NCBI GenBank assembly: GCA_945861665.1
Contig: CAMAVS010000007.1
Location: forward strand, 7,277-71,276
Origin: Chitinophaga pinensis
Lineage (GTDB): Bacteria > Bacteroidota > Bacteroidia > UBA4408
Length of the DNA: 64,000 bases
Reading direction: 5' to 3'
In this document: positions 27,404 through 37,448 of the stretch, in pieces
Layout of the letters: each line of letters starts with the position of its first letter
Numbering within the stretch: the stretch's first letter is position 1
Translations under genes and position numbers: made by a program
Notes under the pieces: generated by a model
Database searches by the model: none
Told to the model about the DNA's origin: nothing
Seen by the model: only the letters and a program-made list of their open reading frames with translations

Positions 27404-28480
27404 TTATTTATATTTTGCTGGACTTTTTTTGAAAAACTTTAAAAATCGATCAATTGAAATTTCTTTATCCAAAGCCTTACCATCTTGGATAAAAGTGCTG
27501 AAAACATGAGCCATTAGAGGTGCTATCATTATACCTTTTGTTCCCATTCCGTTAAATATTGCCACTTTATTTTCAATCGGGTGAAATCCCAATATTGGTC
27601 TGCGATCAATTACAGCCGGTCGTATGCCTGCATTTTGTGAAATTATCTCGTAAGGTGCTGTAATTACTTTATCTAATTTTTTAGTTAATTCAAGTCTTGC
27701 CATTTCTGTTGAAATTTCGTTTAAATCGTCCCACTCGTAAGTTGCTCCCACTTTGTATATGTCGTTTGAAATTGGCAATATAAACACCCCTTTGTTTACA
27801 ATGTCAGTTAAATTTAAACCGCTTGCTTTTATAGTAAGCAACTCTCCTTTTGCCAGTTTAAAAGGCAGCCAATTAAAAAATGGATTCTGAGTTACTTTAT
27901 GCCCTTCGCAAAAAATAATTTTTTTTGCACTAATTGTTTTGTAGCTTACTTTTTGCTCTGAAATAAATAAGGCATCAAAATCAAATTGCTCTTGTAAAAA
28001 GGCCTCTAATTTTTTTAAATGTTCACACGTACAATGTATAAATTTCGCTACATTCAACACTCCTCCTTTATTTACACTCGCAGTTCCAAAAGGGCTGACT
28101 AAGCTCTGGTACAATTGACTTGAAGGGGTGTTTAAATAATTTATTAACTCTTTTTCTAATACTTTCTTTTCCCAAAAATCGACTTCTTGTTGTTCTGCAA
28201 AAACTTTAACAATACTCTTCTTTTCGAGAAAATTACTTCCAAAGAGTTTTTCTATTTCATTGTAAAAATCTTCTGCAAAGGATATTAGTTCATCTGCTCT
28301 CCAACTTTTAACCAAGCGCTTAAACACAATAGGGTTATAAATTCCAGCTGCAATCAATGATGCCGAACTGGTTGGGGCATCGTCAATAACAACCACTTTA
28401 TACCCCACTTTTTGTAACATTAGCGATAATACCGAGCCCGCTATGCCTTGCCCAACTATAATAAAATCAACTGAATTCAA
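27404..28480 (-). CDS. FAD-dependent oxidoreductase (DAO/DadA-like family)
   Basis: IIVGQGIAG Rossmann motif, KGELL, VGATY, AGIRP...RPILG, NGMGTKG; TTG start; TAnnTTTG motif at 28498-28505. Confidence 0.9.
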   Translation of the reverse strand: MNSVDFIIVGQGIAGSVLSLMLQKVGYKVVVIDDAPTSSASLIAAGIYNPIVFKRLVKSWRADELISFAEDFYNEIEKLFGSNFLEKKSIVKVFAEQQEVDFWEKKVLEKELINYLNTPSSQLYQSLVSPFGTASVNKGGVLNVAKFIHCTCEHLKKLEAFLQEQFDFDALFISEQKVSYKTISAKKIIFCEGHKVTQNPFFNWLPFKLAKGELLTIKASGLNLTDIVNKGVFILPISNDIYKVGATYEWDDLNEISTEMARLELTKKLDKVITAPYEIISQNAGIRPAVIDRRPILGFHPIENKVAIFNGMGTKGIMIAPLMAHVFSTFIQDGKALDKEISIDRFLKFFKKSPAKYK

Positions 28481-28597
28481 TTTCTGTTTTTATGAAACAA
28501 ATATATCACTTATACATTAACCCATATATTAAATTAAAGTCTTTTATGTTTTATATTCAAATTATTTTATCATTTTTGTAAAATAAACAAAAGTGCA

Positions 28598-29893
28598 ATG
28601 AATACAGCAGCAATAGCTTTAGAAGCCGAATTAAAAGTTTCAATTATGGCCGAAAGCTTAATTGGTTCGGAAATCATTAAACTGGCAGGAGAGATAAATG
28701 AAAAAATTCGAAACGGTGAAAAAATATACAATCTAACTATTGGTGATTTTAATCCGAAGTTGTTTCCTATTCCGGCTCTTTTAAAAAAAGAAATAATTGC
28801 AGCCTATACAAATGATGAAACAAATTACCCCCCGGCAGATGGTATTTTACAGCTTAGACAAGTATTGTCATCACAATTAAAAAATAGAATGAAGTTGGAT
28901 TACCCAGCTGATCAAATTTTAATAGCAGGTGGCGCACGACCTCTTATTTATGCTACTTTTCAAGCAATTGTTGATTCAGGTGATAAAGTATTATTTCCTG
29001 TGCCTTCGTGGAACAACAATCATTATTCACACTTGTCGAGTACGCAACAATTGGCTGTTGAGACCAAACCGGAAAATAATTTTATGCCAACTGCCGATGA
29101 GTTAAGGCCATACATTGGCGAAGCAAATTTATTAGCCTTGTGTTCACCACTTAATCCAACAGGCACTGTATTTACAGAAGCAGGATTAAAAGAAATTTGT
29201 GAGTTGATACTTTCCGAAAATAAAAAAAGGGTAGCCAAAGGCAGTAAGCCATTGTACTTAATGTACGATCAAATATACTGGACATTAACATTTGGAAACA
29301 CCTTACATTTCGACCCTGTTAGTATCTGCCCTGAGATGAAACAATACACTGTATTTATAGATGGATTATCGAAATCATTTGCTGCAACTGGTGTGCGTGT
29401 CGGGTGGGCTTTTGGACCAAAAAAGTTAATCGACAAAATGAAAGCTATACTTGGTCACGTTGGTGCTTGGGCGCCAAAACCTGAACAAGTTGCGAGTGCA
29501 AATTATATGAAACACGAAAATGAAGTTGATTCATTTTTAGTAGAGATAAAAGGGAAAATAAGTTCTCGACTGGATGCGATTTACAAAGGGGTAATTTTAT
29601 TAAAAAATGAAGGTTATCCTATTAACGCAATTCCTCCACAAGCTGCATTGTATTTAACTGTTCAACTAAATTTAGTAGGTGCGAAAACAATGGATGGCAA
29701 TATTTTAAGCAACAGCAAAGAAGTAAATAAATACATACTGGATGAAGCAAAAATTGGAATCGTTCCTTTTTCTGCCTTTGGCTCTTCGTCCGATTCAACC
29801 TGGTACAGAATTTCTGTTGGCACATGCACTTTGGAAGAAATACCACAACTTGTTTCAAATTTAAAAAATGCTTTAAGGAAATTACAATTTTAG
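28598..29893 (+). CDS. PLP-dependent aminotransferase class I/II (aspartate aminotransferase-like)
   Basis: SPLNPTG, YDQIY, GLSKSFAATGVRVGW (PLP lysine), YRIS. Confidence 0.93.
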   Translation: MNTAAIALEAELKVSIMAESLIGSEIIKLAGEINEKIRNGEKIYNLTIGDFNPKLFPIPALLKKEIIAAYTNDETNYPPADGILQLRQVLSSQLKNRMKLDYPADQILIAGGARPLIYATFQAIVDSGDKVLFPVPSWNNNHYSHLSSTQQLAVETKPENNFMPTADELRPYIGEANLLALCSPLNPTGTVFTEAGLKEICELILSENKKRVAKGSKPLYLMYDQIYWTLTFGNTLHFDPVSICPEMKQYTVFIDGLSKSFAATGVRVGWAFGPKKLIDKMKAILGHVGAWAPKPEQVASANYMKHENEVDSFLVEIKGKISSRLDAIYKGVILLKNEGYPINAIPPQAALYLTVQLNLVGAKTMDGNILSNSKEVNKYILDEAKIGIVPFSAFGSSSDSTWYRISVGTCTLEEIPQLVSNLKNALRKLQF

Positions 29894-29905
29894 ATTCACT
29901 ATCCG

Positions 29906-30994
29906 ATGAAAAATAATTACTGTGTAATAATGGCAGGTGGCATAGGAAGTCGTTTTTGGCCGGTAAGTCGTGTTTCAATGCCAAAGCAATTTATTGACAT
30001 TTTAGGTACAGGCAAAACATTGTTACAACAAACATACGATAGATTTAAACGCATTTGTCCGAAAGAAAATATTTTTATTATTACTAATGATACTTACGAA
30101 AAAATTGTATTAGAACAACTTGTTGGCATAAACCCTAACAATGTATTATTGGAACCTGCAAGAAGAAATACAGCACCTTGTATTGCTTATGCTTGTTATA
30201 AAATTTCAAGTATCAATCCGAAAGCAAATATTGTTGTCGCTCCATCCGATCATTTAATATTAAAAGAAGATACTTTTATAAAAGCCATAAAGTCGTGTTA
30301 TAAAAAAGCAGAATCAGAAGATTGCCTGTTAACACTGGGCATTAAGCCTACTCGACCCGATACCGGTTACGGTTATATACAATTTGTAAACAGTCCGACC
30401 AAAGAGAAGGACATCCGAATGAAGAAGGTTAAAACTTTTACAGAAAAGCCCGACTTAGATATGGCTAATTTTTTTATGGAAAGTGGTGATTTTTTATGGA
30501 ACTCTGGCATTTTTATTTGGAGTGCCCGTTCCATTATTATAGCTTTTTCCATCCATATGCCCGATATAGCAATGATGTTTAAAAACGGATTGAATATTTA
30601 CAATACAACAAAGGAAAAAGAATTTATAAATGAAGTATATCCACAATGTAAAAACATTTCCATCGACTATGCTATTTTAGAAAAAGCAACAAATGTTTAT
30701 GTACGCTCATCTGCCATAGGCTGGAGCGATTTGGGAACGTGGGGTTCACTATACCAACACATAGAAAAAGACAAAAAAAACAATGCTATTGTAGGCAAAA
30801 ATGTAATGCTGTATGATTCAGAAAACTGCATTGTTAATGTCCCAAACAATAAATTGGTTGTATTGGAAGGTTTAAGCGGATACATTGTTGTTGAGTCGGA
30901 TAATATTCTTCTTATCTGCAAAAAGGAAGAAGAGCAACATATTCGCCAATTTGTGAACGATGTGAAAACAAAAAAGGGCGATAAGTATGTTTAG
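29906..30994 (+). CDS. manC: Mannose-1-phosphate guanylyltransferase
   Basis: IMAGGIGSRFWPVSR..PKQF, EPARRNTAP, PSDH, TGYGYI, FTEKP, WNSGIF, ISIDYA, WSDLGTW. Confidence 0.95.
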   Translation: MKNNYCVIMAGGIGSRFWPVSRVSMPKQFIDILGTGKTLLQQTYDRFKRICPKENIFIITNDTYEKIVLEQLVGINPNNVLLEPARRNTAPCIAYACYKISSINPKANIVVAPSDHLILKEDTFIKAIKSCYKKAESEDCLLTLGIKPTRPDTGYGYIQFVNSPTKEKDIRMKKVKTFTEKPDLDMANFFMESGDFLWNSGIFIWSARSIIIAFSIHMPDIAMMFKNGLNIYNTTKEKEFINEVYPQCKNISIDYAILEKATNVYVRSSAIGWSDLGTWGSLYQHIEKDKKNNAIVGKNVMLYDSENCIVNVPNNKLVVLEGLSGYIVVESDNILLICKKEEEQHIRQFVNDVKTKKGDKYV

Positions 30995-31012
30995 GTTATT
31001 TTTTATTAATAA

Positions 31013-31381
31013 TCACTCCGTTATTACACCACTTATTTCTACTTGACCTGCAGCAAAATCAACAGGAGTTTCACCAAACAATTCACCATTTTTATATATA
31101 CGAGCAATGAAGGTTGCTTGTGAAGAATGGCTTTGTATTTTAAATGCAACAAAATCGCCTACCTTTTTTTTGTAAATAAGTGAGTTCCAATTTGTATTAC
31201 TAAGTGGGCCCTCCGTTTTTGTTATTCCACCATCGGTTGTATAATTTACAGTAAAAGCGCCACCCGTAGTTGATGTCTGTTTGACGGTATACACAATTGA
31301 TACCGTTGAACCCTCTTTGTTACAGGCACTGACAAAAACAATCCATGAAAGGGCCAATAAAAAGAGGAAGTATTTTTTCAA
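31013..31381 (-). CDS. Small hypothetical lipoprotein
   Basis: MKKYF leader with VSAC lipobox; beta-rich mature part. Confidence 0.7.
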   Translation of the reverse strand: MKKYFLFLLALSWIVFVSACNKEGSTVSIVYTVKQTSTTGGAFTVNYTTDGGITKTEGPLSNTNWNSLIYKKKVGDFVAFKIQSHSSQATFIARIYKNGELFGETPVDFAAGQVEISGVITE

Positions 31382-31391
31382 AACGAAGGGA

Positions 31392-32708
31392 TTATTTTAG
31401 CCCGTATTTTTGCTTGTACTTGTTGTATAATTGAAGCTGTTCATTTGGCAGTTCAACCTCTTTGCCGTCAATAAATGCCTTTACAACATTGTTGCTTATC
31501 ATATCCAAAGCATCTCCTTCAGAAATAAAGAAAGTCGCCTGCTTATTTTCTTCCAATACACCAACTCTATCCTCAATCCCTAAAATTTTTGCAGTATTCG
31601 ATGTGATAAGCATCAATGCTTCTTCCTTAGTAAGTCCATAAGCTACTGTTGTTCCCGCCTGAAAAGGCAAATTCCTTGTCCCCATTGCTTCCATACCACC
31701 TTCGTTGGTAAGGCAAACAAGAACTCCTGCTTTAAATAATTCAGCCGCTCTTTTGTATGGCAAGTCAACATCATCATCAATGTTCTCAGGCAACTCGTGC
31801 ACGCGTGCTAAAATTACAGGAACATTGTTTTCCTTTAAAATGGCTGTTGCTAAATAGGCATCACGGGCACCTACCAACACATATTTTTTAATTTCAAATT
31901 TCTTGGTAAATGCAATTACTTCTATAATATCTTTTAACGAGTTTGTGTGTACATATAATATTTTCTCTCCAGTTATGATCCCCTTCATCGCTTCAAAACG
32001 AATATTTTTTTCATCGTGCACAATTTGACTATAAGCCTTCGCATCAGCAAAAAAATTTGTTACATTGCTAATACTTGTGTTGTAATTTTTAACACGCTCA
32101 TTGTAGGATTGATCCGTTTCTCTTATTATTTTTGGAGCATTCATTTCAGGCCAATTAAGATGTATCCCATCATCCGCCTTCAGCACAGCATCTTCCCAGT
32201 TCCAACCATCCAGCTTCATAATGGAAGATGAACCTGATATTAAACCTCCACGGGGGCTTGCCTGAACCAATAAAATCCCGTTTGTGCGTATGGTAGGTAT
32301 TATTTTTGAATCGGTGTTATATGATATTAGACTTCGAACATGTGGATTAATATATCCCACTTCACTAAAATCGTTTGTTGCTCGAACTGCATCTAATTCA
32401 TTCAATCCAATGGTAGAACTTGGTGCAATAATACCGGGATAAACGTGTTTTCCTGTAATGGTAATTCTTTCGTCAAACACACTTCCATCAATTCTTGCGG
32501 TGGCTGCATCTGTTATTAAAATAATCTTGCCGTCTTTAATTCCAATCAACGAGTTCTCAATCACCCTCCCATTGCCTAAATGGGCAATTCCCCCTTTAAA
32601 TAAAATTGCTTTTGTTGAAGGAGTAACTACTGCCGTTTGAGCAAAAGGCTTTAAGGCAGTAAACAGTATTATTGCCAAAATAAATAAAAGAGAGTATTTA
32701 ATCTTCAT
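31392..32708 (-). CDS. Secreted amidohydrolase-superfamily protein, metal ligands apparently degenerate
   Basis: GKHVYPGII, RNLPFQAG, EEALMLITSNTAKILG..GVLEENKQA fold motifs; no HxH after PG. Confidence 0.85.
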   Translation of the reverse strand: MKIKYSLLFILAIILFTALKPFAQTAVVTPSTKAILFKGGIAHLGNGRVIENSLIGIKDGKIILITDAATARIDGSVFDERITITGKHVYPGIIAPSSTIGLNELDAVRATNDFSEVGYINPHVRSLISYNTDSKIIPTIRTNGILLVQASPRGGLISGSSSIMKLDGWNWEDAVLKADDGIHLNWPEMNAPKIIRETDQSYNERVKNYNTSISNVTNFFADAKAYSQIVHDEKNIRFEAMKGIITGEKILYVHTNSLKDIIEVIAFTKKFEIKKYVLVGARDAYLATAILKENNVPVILARVHELPENIDDDVDLPYKRAAELFKAGVLVCLTNEGGMEAMGTRNLPFQAGTTVAYGLTKEEALMLITSNTAKILGIEDRVGVLEENKQATFFISEGDALDMISNNVVKAFIDGKEVELPNEQLQLYNKYKQKYGLK

Positions 32709-35697
32709 TGTCTGTTTCTAAATCATCACAATCATATAATCTTGGCTTCTTAAAAATCACTTTTTGTGTTGGAGCGCCTTCCTTTTTGGTAATAATCATT
32801 TTTTGAATCAAGCGATTTCTTTCCACTGCAATTTGCTCTCTCATTTTTTTATCTTGTTGCGCATCAAAATAACATACCCCATCTACAAATGTTTTTTCCA
32901 CTTTAGCATAAACAGACAATGGGTTGTCTGACCATAAAACAACATCGGCATCCTTGCCAATTTTAATACTGCCAATTTTAGTATCAAGGTGCAATAATTT
33001 TGCAGGATTAAGTGTTACTAATTTTAATGCATCTTCTTGACTAAGTCCACCGTACTTAACTGCTTTAGATGCTTCTTGATTTAATCTCCTTGCCATTTCT
33101 GCATCATCCGAATTAACTGCTGTTACAACACCCATTTGAGAAAGCAAGGCAGCATTGTATGGAATAGCATCTTTTACTTCAAATTTGTAAGCCCACCAAT
33201 CACTAAAAGTTGAAGCTCCTACTCCATGCTTTTTCATTTTATCGGCCACTTTATACCCTTCTAAAATATGTGTAAATGTATTTACCTTAAAGCCCATAGA
33301 ATCTGCCACATGCATCAGCATATTTATTTCGGATTGCACATACGAATGGCAAGTAATGAATCTCTTTTTGTTGAGTATTTCTACCAATGCATCTAACTCA
33401 ATATCTTTACGTGGAACAGCGCTACTGATTTTTAGAGCAGGTGATAATGCACTATACTTTTTCCATTTCAGTTCATATTCTTTTGCTCGTTGAAATGCAT
33501 CGTAGTAAACTTGTTCAACACCCATTCGTGTTTGCGGAAAACGAATAACATTTCGTGGTCCCCAATTGCTTTGTTTTACATTTTCACCTAAAGCAAATTT
33601 TATAAATCCATCTGCACCCTCTATTTTCATTTTTTCGGGTGCAAGTCCCCATCGCAATTTAATTATTGCCGACTGTCCGCCAATTGGATTTGCTGAACCG
33701 TGCAATAATTGAGATGTTGTAACGCCTCCTGAAAGTTGGCGATAAATATTAACATCATCAGAGGTAACCACATCACCAATCCTAACTTCGGCAGTGCTGG
33801 CTTGTGCCCCTTCATTCACTCCGTTGCTTATTGCTATATGAGAATGTTCATCAACAATGCCAGGACTAAGATGTTTTCCGCTACCATCAATTACAATTAC
33901 ATTGGCAGGAATTACTTGTATTGCAGGAGCTACATTTGCAATTTTTCCGTTTTGTATCAAAACATCACCTACAAAAATACCGGTACTTTCGTTCGACCAA
34001 ATAGTTACATTTTTTATAAGTACAATTTCTTGTTTCGGCTGATCTGTCCATCCATAAGCCATATTTGGAAAATATAGTTTTCCTATTTCTGATTTTACTT
34101 TTGCTGTATCCTTCTTTTCAACTGTCTTTATAGAATCTGAATAGCTTGCTATCCACTCAAGCCATTTCCCATCTTCCCACTGACCTTTTCCTTTAAAACC
34201 ATTTGTTGCTTTTTGATTCAATGCACCTGCCAAACGAATTGCACCCAGTTTAGTTTCAAAACTAATTCCTATGTTATTTCCATTGAGATTTATTTTTGCA
34301 TTGTATTTAAAAGTATCAATACTTACTATAGTTTGGTAGGCATTCAACTCTCCCGCTATTTTAAGTCTATAATTTTTTTGATCCAATAGTAAACTGTAAT
34401 TTCCTCTTAAATCAATTGTATTGTAATTTACTATTTCATACTGGATACCTTGCACCCAATTTTGATATATGATACATTTTTCATTAAAGATAGGAGTAGA
34501 AGTGATTATGAAGTTTGCAATCATCCCATCCTTTAATGCTCCAATTTTATTACCCATTCCCAGCATATTTGCTGGCGTATAGGTTAATGCCTTTAATGCT
34601 TCTCTTTCCGACAATCCCAATTCGATCGCCTTCAATATATTTTTTCGAAAATCTGCTTTGTCTTTTAAATCGCTTGTTGTAAGCGCAAATGGAATTTGCG
34701 CTTTTTCAAAAGCCATAGGATTGCTAGGAGCCATTTCCCAATTTTTCAGCTGGTCCAATGAAATCATCATTGCATCATAAGGATCAGAAACATCATAAGT
34801 CATTGGAAAATTAAGAGGTAAAATAAAAGCTGCTTTTGTGTTTTTTACTTCTTCTATTCTTTGGTATTCATCGCCTCCAGCTTTGATAATATACTGCAGC
34901 CCAAATTCATCCCCCACCTTATCGGCACGTAAAACAGAAAATTTATCTTGCGCTTCAAAAATTTGTGGCATTTTTTGCTGAGCAATCAATGCTTCCAACG
35001 AAAGGTTTTTTTCCCTTTTTGTTTTATCCAATGCATACCATTGAGCATCGTAATATGTTTGTCGTAGCAATGCAATGGAGCCCATTTGCGAAGAGGGGTA
35101 ATCTTGTCCTGACACACCTTTGTCAAAAGAGTAATTGGCAGTAACATTACTTGCAATCATCAAGTGATTTTCATTCCCATCTCCTAAACTTACTAAAGCG
35201 GAAGTACCTCTAACAATGCCATCTTTTTGTAAAGTTAGAGCTGTTCCAAAACCCAATTTTCTCATTTCAGTTGCCGATTGCGGATCGGCAACAAATAGCT
35301 TCGAAGCATCTGTTTCTGGCTTCACAGCTTGATTCCAGCAAAAAGCCCCCTTTGTATTTGATTCAATCTGTGGCTGTGGTGCAGAAGATGGTTTAGCATC
35401 GGCTATGCCATAATTAGAATATACATCTATAAAAGAAGGATAAATGTATTTCCCTGCTAAGTCAACAACAACTGCTCCTTTAGGTAGAATAATTCCTATT
35501 CCTACTTTCTCTACAATTCCATTTTTTACAATCAGTGTTGCTTTATCAATTTTAGTTTGATAATCTATATATACAGACGCATTTGTAAAAGCATACACCG
35601 TATTGTTTTTATTGTGTGTGCCATTAACAGGAAAGGTTTCCTGTGCTATTACGCTGCGACAAAATAAAACAACAACTCCTATTAGTACCTTTTTCAT
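32698..35697 (-). CDS. Secreted double-domain amidohydrolase family protein
   Basis: Two amidohydrolase folds; the second has PGIVDEHSH, HGSANPIGG, KFALGENVK, CHSY, FTHILE, NSDD. Confidence 0.9.
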   Translation of the reverse strand: MKKVLIGVVVLFCRSVIAQETFPVNGTHNKNNTVYAFTNASVYIDYQTKIDKATLIVKNGIVEKVGIGIILPKGAVVVDLAGKYIYPSFIDVYSNYGIADAKPSSAPQPQIESNTKGAFCWNQAVKPETDASKLFVADPQSATEMRKLGFGTALTLQKDGIVRGTSALVSLGDGNENHLMIASNVTANYSFDKGVSGQDYPSSQMGSIALLRQTYYDAQWYALDKTKREKNLSLEALIAQQKMPQIFEAQDKFSVLRADKVGDEFGLQYIIKAGGDEYQRIEEVKNTKAAFILPLNFPMTYDVSDPYDAMMISLDQLKNWEMAPSNPMAFEKAQIPFALTTSDLKDKADFRKNILKAIELGLSEREALKALTYTPANMLGMGNKIGALKDGMIANFIITSTPIFNEKCIIYQNWVQGIQYEIVNYNTIDLRGNYSLLLDQKNYRLKIAGELNAYQTIVSIDTFKYNAKINLNGNNIGISFETKLGAIRLAGALNQKATNGFKGKGQWEDGKWLEWIASYSDSIKTVEKKDTAKVKSEIGKLYFPNMAYGWTDQPKQEIVLIKNVTIWSNESTGIFVGDVLIQNGKIANVAPAIQVIPANVIVIDGSGKHLSPGIVDEHSHIAISNGVNEGAQASTAEVRIGDVVTSDDVNIYRQLSGGVTTSQLLHGSANPIGGQSAIIKLRWGLAPEKMKIEGADGFIKFALGENVKQSNWGPRNVIRFPQTRMGVEQVYYDAFQRAKEYELKWKKYSALSPALKISSAVPRKDIELDALVEILNKKRFITCHSYVQSEINMLMHVADSMGFKVNTFTHILEGYKVADKMKKHGVGASTFSDWWAYKFEVKDAIPYNAALLSQMGVVTAVNSDDAEMARRLNQEASKAVKYGGLSQEDALKLVTLNPAKLLHLDTKIGSIKIGKDADVVLWSDNPLSVYAKVEKTFVDGVCYFDAQQDKKMREQIAVERNRLIQKMIITKKEGAPTQKVIFKKPRLYDCDDLETDNED

Positions 35698-35787
35698 ACA
35701 GTATTGAAGTACTAAAGTAATTAAAAATAAATAGGCTCTTTAAAAATTAATTATATTTTTGTATTTAAATAATCAAAAACATAAGCT

Positions 35788-36717
35788 ATGAAAAAAGAGA
35801 TACTTTCACTCGGTTTTGTTATTGCAATGAGCTTAACCTCTTTTGCGCAAGTAATAAATCTTGGTTTCGAGAATTGGACTCCCGGTGGTAATCCTCAATT
35901 TGATGAACCGGATGGATGGGCAACCTTTAATAGCGCATTATACCCAATAGGGGTAACAAATTATACTGCATCAAAAGGAACCCCCGCACAAAATGGTTCT
36001 TATGCTCTTAGGTTAGAAACAAAAGTAATAGGTGCGCCAGTAAACGATACTTTAACAGCATTTGCAGTTTGCGGATCAATGAGCATTATTCCTTTTCCTT
36101 TTGACATTAAAATAAAAGGTAAAGCATTGAATCAACGACCAATGTCCGTTTCGGGATTTTACAAATATGCTACTCCAGGTTTAACAGATACCGCTGCTAT
36201 GGGCGTTTTTGTAACAAAATGGAATGGTACTTCGACCGATACCTTGGGTATAGGTTCTGGTAAAGGTGGCCCGACAGCAAACTATAGCCCTTTCACTTTC
36301 AACATGTTTTATGACCCTCAATTTAACGGAGTAATCCCCGATTCTGTTTTAATATTAATATTATCAAGTTCAAACGATGTTTACCGTACAGTAGGCAGTG
36401 TGCTTTACATTGATAATTTAACCTTGAATGGAGTTGATTTTAGTACCGTTCAACTCCTTTCAAGTAATCCAGCAGAAAGTTACACTATTTACCCAAATCC
36501 TGCAAATGATGTTTTTAATATTGCAGCTGCCAAAATCGGAATGAATAGAGATTTCATCCTATACGATGCAATAGGAAGAGAAGTTATGAATATTAAAATA
36601 AATGATTTAAGTACTTCTGTCTCGGTTTCTAAACTACCTGAAGGACTTTACCACTATAAAATACTAAGCTCAGGGAATGATATTATCCACTCGGGCAAAA
36701 TAGATATTTTACGTTAA
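35788..36717 (+). CDS. T9SS type A cargo with putative carbohydrate-binding (PCMD-like) domain
   Basis: Signal peptide; GFENWT...GSVLYIDNL jelly-roll; IYPNPAND...YDAIGR...LPEGLY..KIDILR CTD; TAnnTTTG motif at 35754-35761. Confidence 0.8.
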   Translation: MKKEILSLGFVIAMSLTSFAQVINLGFENWTPGGNPQFDEPDGWATFNSALYPIGVTNYTASKGTPAQNGSYALRLETKVIGAPVNDTLTAFAVCGSMSIIPFPFDIKIKGKALNQRPMSVSGFYKYATPGLTDTAAMGVFVTKWNGTSTDTLGIGSGKGGPTANYSPFTFNMFYDPQFNGVIPDSVLILILSSSNDVYRTVGSVLYIDNLTLNGVDFSTVQLLSSNPAESYTIYPNPANDVFNIAAAKIGMNRDFILYDAIGREVMNIKINDLSTSVSVSKLPEGLYHYKILSSGNDIIHSGKIDILR

Positions 36718-36732
36718 AAAAATTAGAATTGA

Positions 36733-36774
36733 AATAAAACAGCCTCAGAAAAATTTTTCTGAGGCTGTTTTATT
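36733..36774 (+). terminator. Intrinsic terminator (perfect 42-bp palindrome)
   Basis: aataaaacagcctcagaaaaa|tttttctgaggctgttttatt. Confidence 0.85.
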
Positions 36775-36803
36775 CTGTAGCTTTGGCAATCAAAAAAAGA
36801 TAA

Positions 36804-37439
36804 ATGGAAGCACTAAAATATACACACATAGTATCGGCATTTTTATTTATGCTTATTTATATAGTTAAAACAACTATGCTTGTTTTAGATAAAAATGAAG
36901 CATTAACAAAATTTAAAAAAGCAACACGAATTCCCGAAATGATTGTAAGTACGCTGTTTTTAGTAACAGGAGTTTGGTTGTTTATTGAAATTGGCGATAT
37001 TAAATTCTTACAAATAATAAAATTGATATGTGTATTTGCTTCTATTCCACTTGCTATTATTGGATTTAAGAAAGGAAACAAAGCCCTTGCAGTTATCTCT
37101 GTATTGCTTATCATCATGTCTTACGGACTGGCAGAAATGGCTAAAAAGAAACCCTTCCCCGTTAAGCATATTGAAGAAAACACTACAAGTACAACCAATA
37201 TTAGTGATGACTATAAGTTTGGTGGAGATGTATACAAAGCAAATTGTGCTGTTTGTCATGGCTTAGATGGAATGAAAAGATTGGGAGGAGCAACAGACTT
37301 AAGTAAATCAATGTTGGATAAAAATGGCATTGTGGAATTAATTAACAATGGGAGAGGAAGTATGGCTGCTTACAAAGACCAATTAACTGAAAATGAAATC
37401 GATAAAACTGCCACCTTTATTTTATCCCTTAAAAAATAA
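36804..37439 (+). CDS. SirB2-like 4-TM membrane protein fused to a class I cytochrome c
   Basis: Four hydrophobic helices followed by CAVCHG heme motif and GRGSM distal Met; TAnnTTTG motif at 36778-36785. Confidence 0.85.
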   Translation: MEALKYTHIVSAFLFMLIYIVKTTMLVLDKNEALTKFKKATRIPEMIVSTLFLVTGVWLFIEIGDIKFLQIIKLICVFASIPLAIIGFKKGNKALAVISVLLIIMSYGLAEMAKKKPFPVKHIEENTTSTTNISDDYKFGGDVYKANCAVCHGLDGMKRLGGATDLSKSMLDKNGIVELINNGRGSMAAYKDQLTENEIDKTATFILSLKK

Positions 37440-37448
37440 TTTTATACT

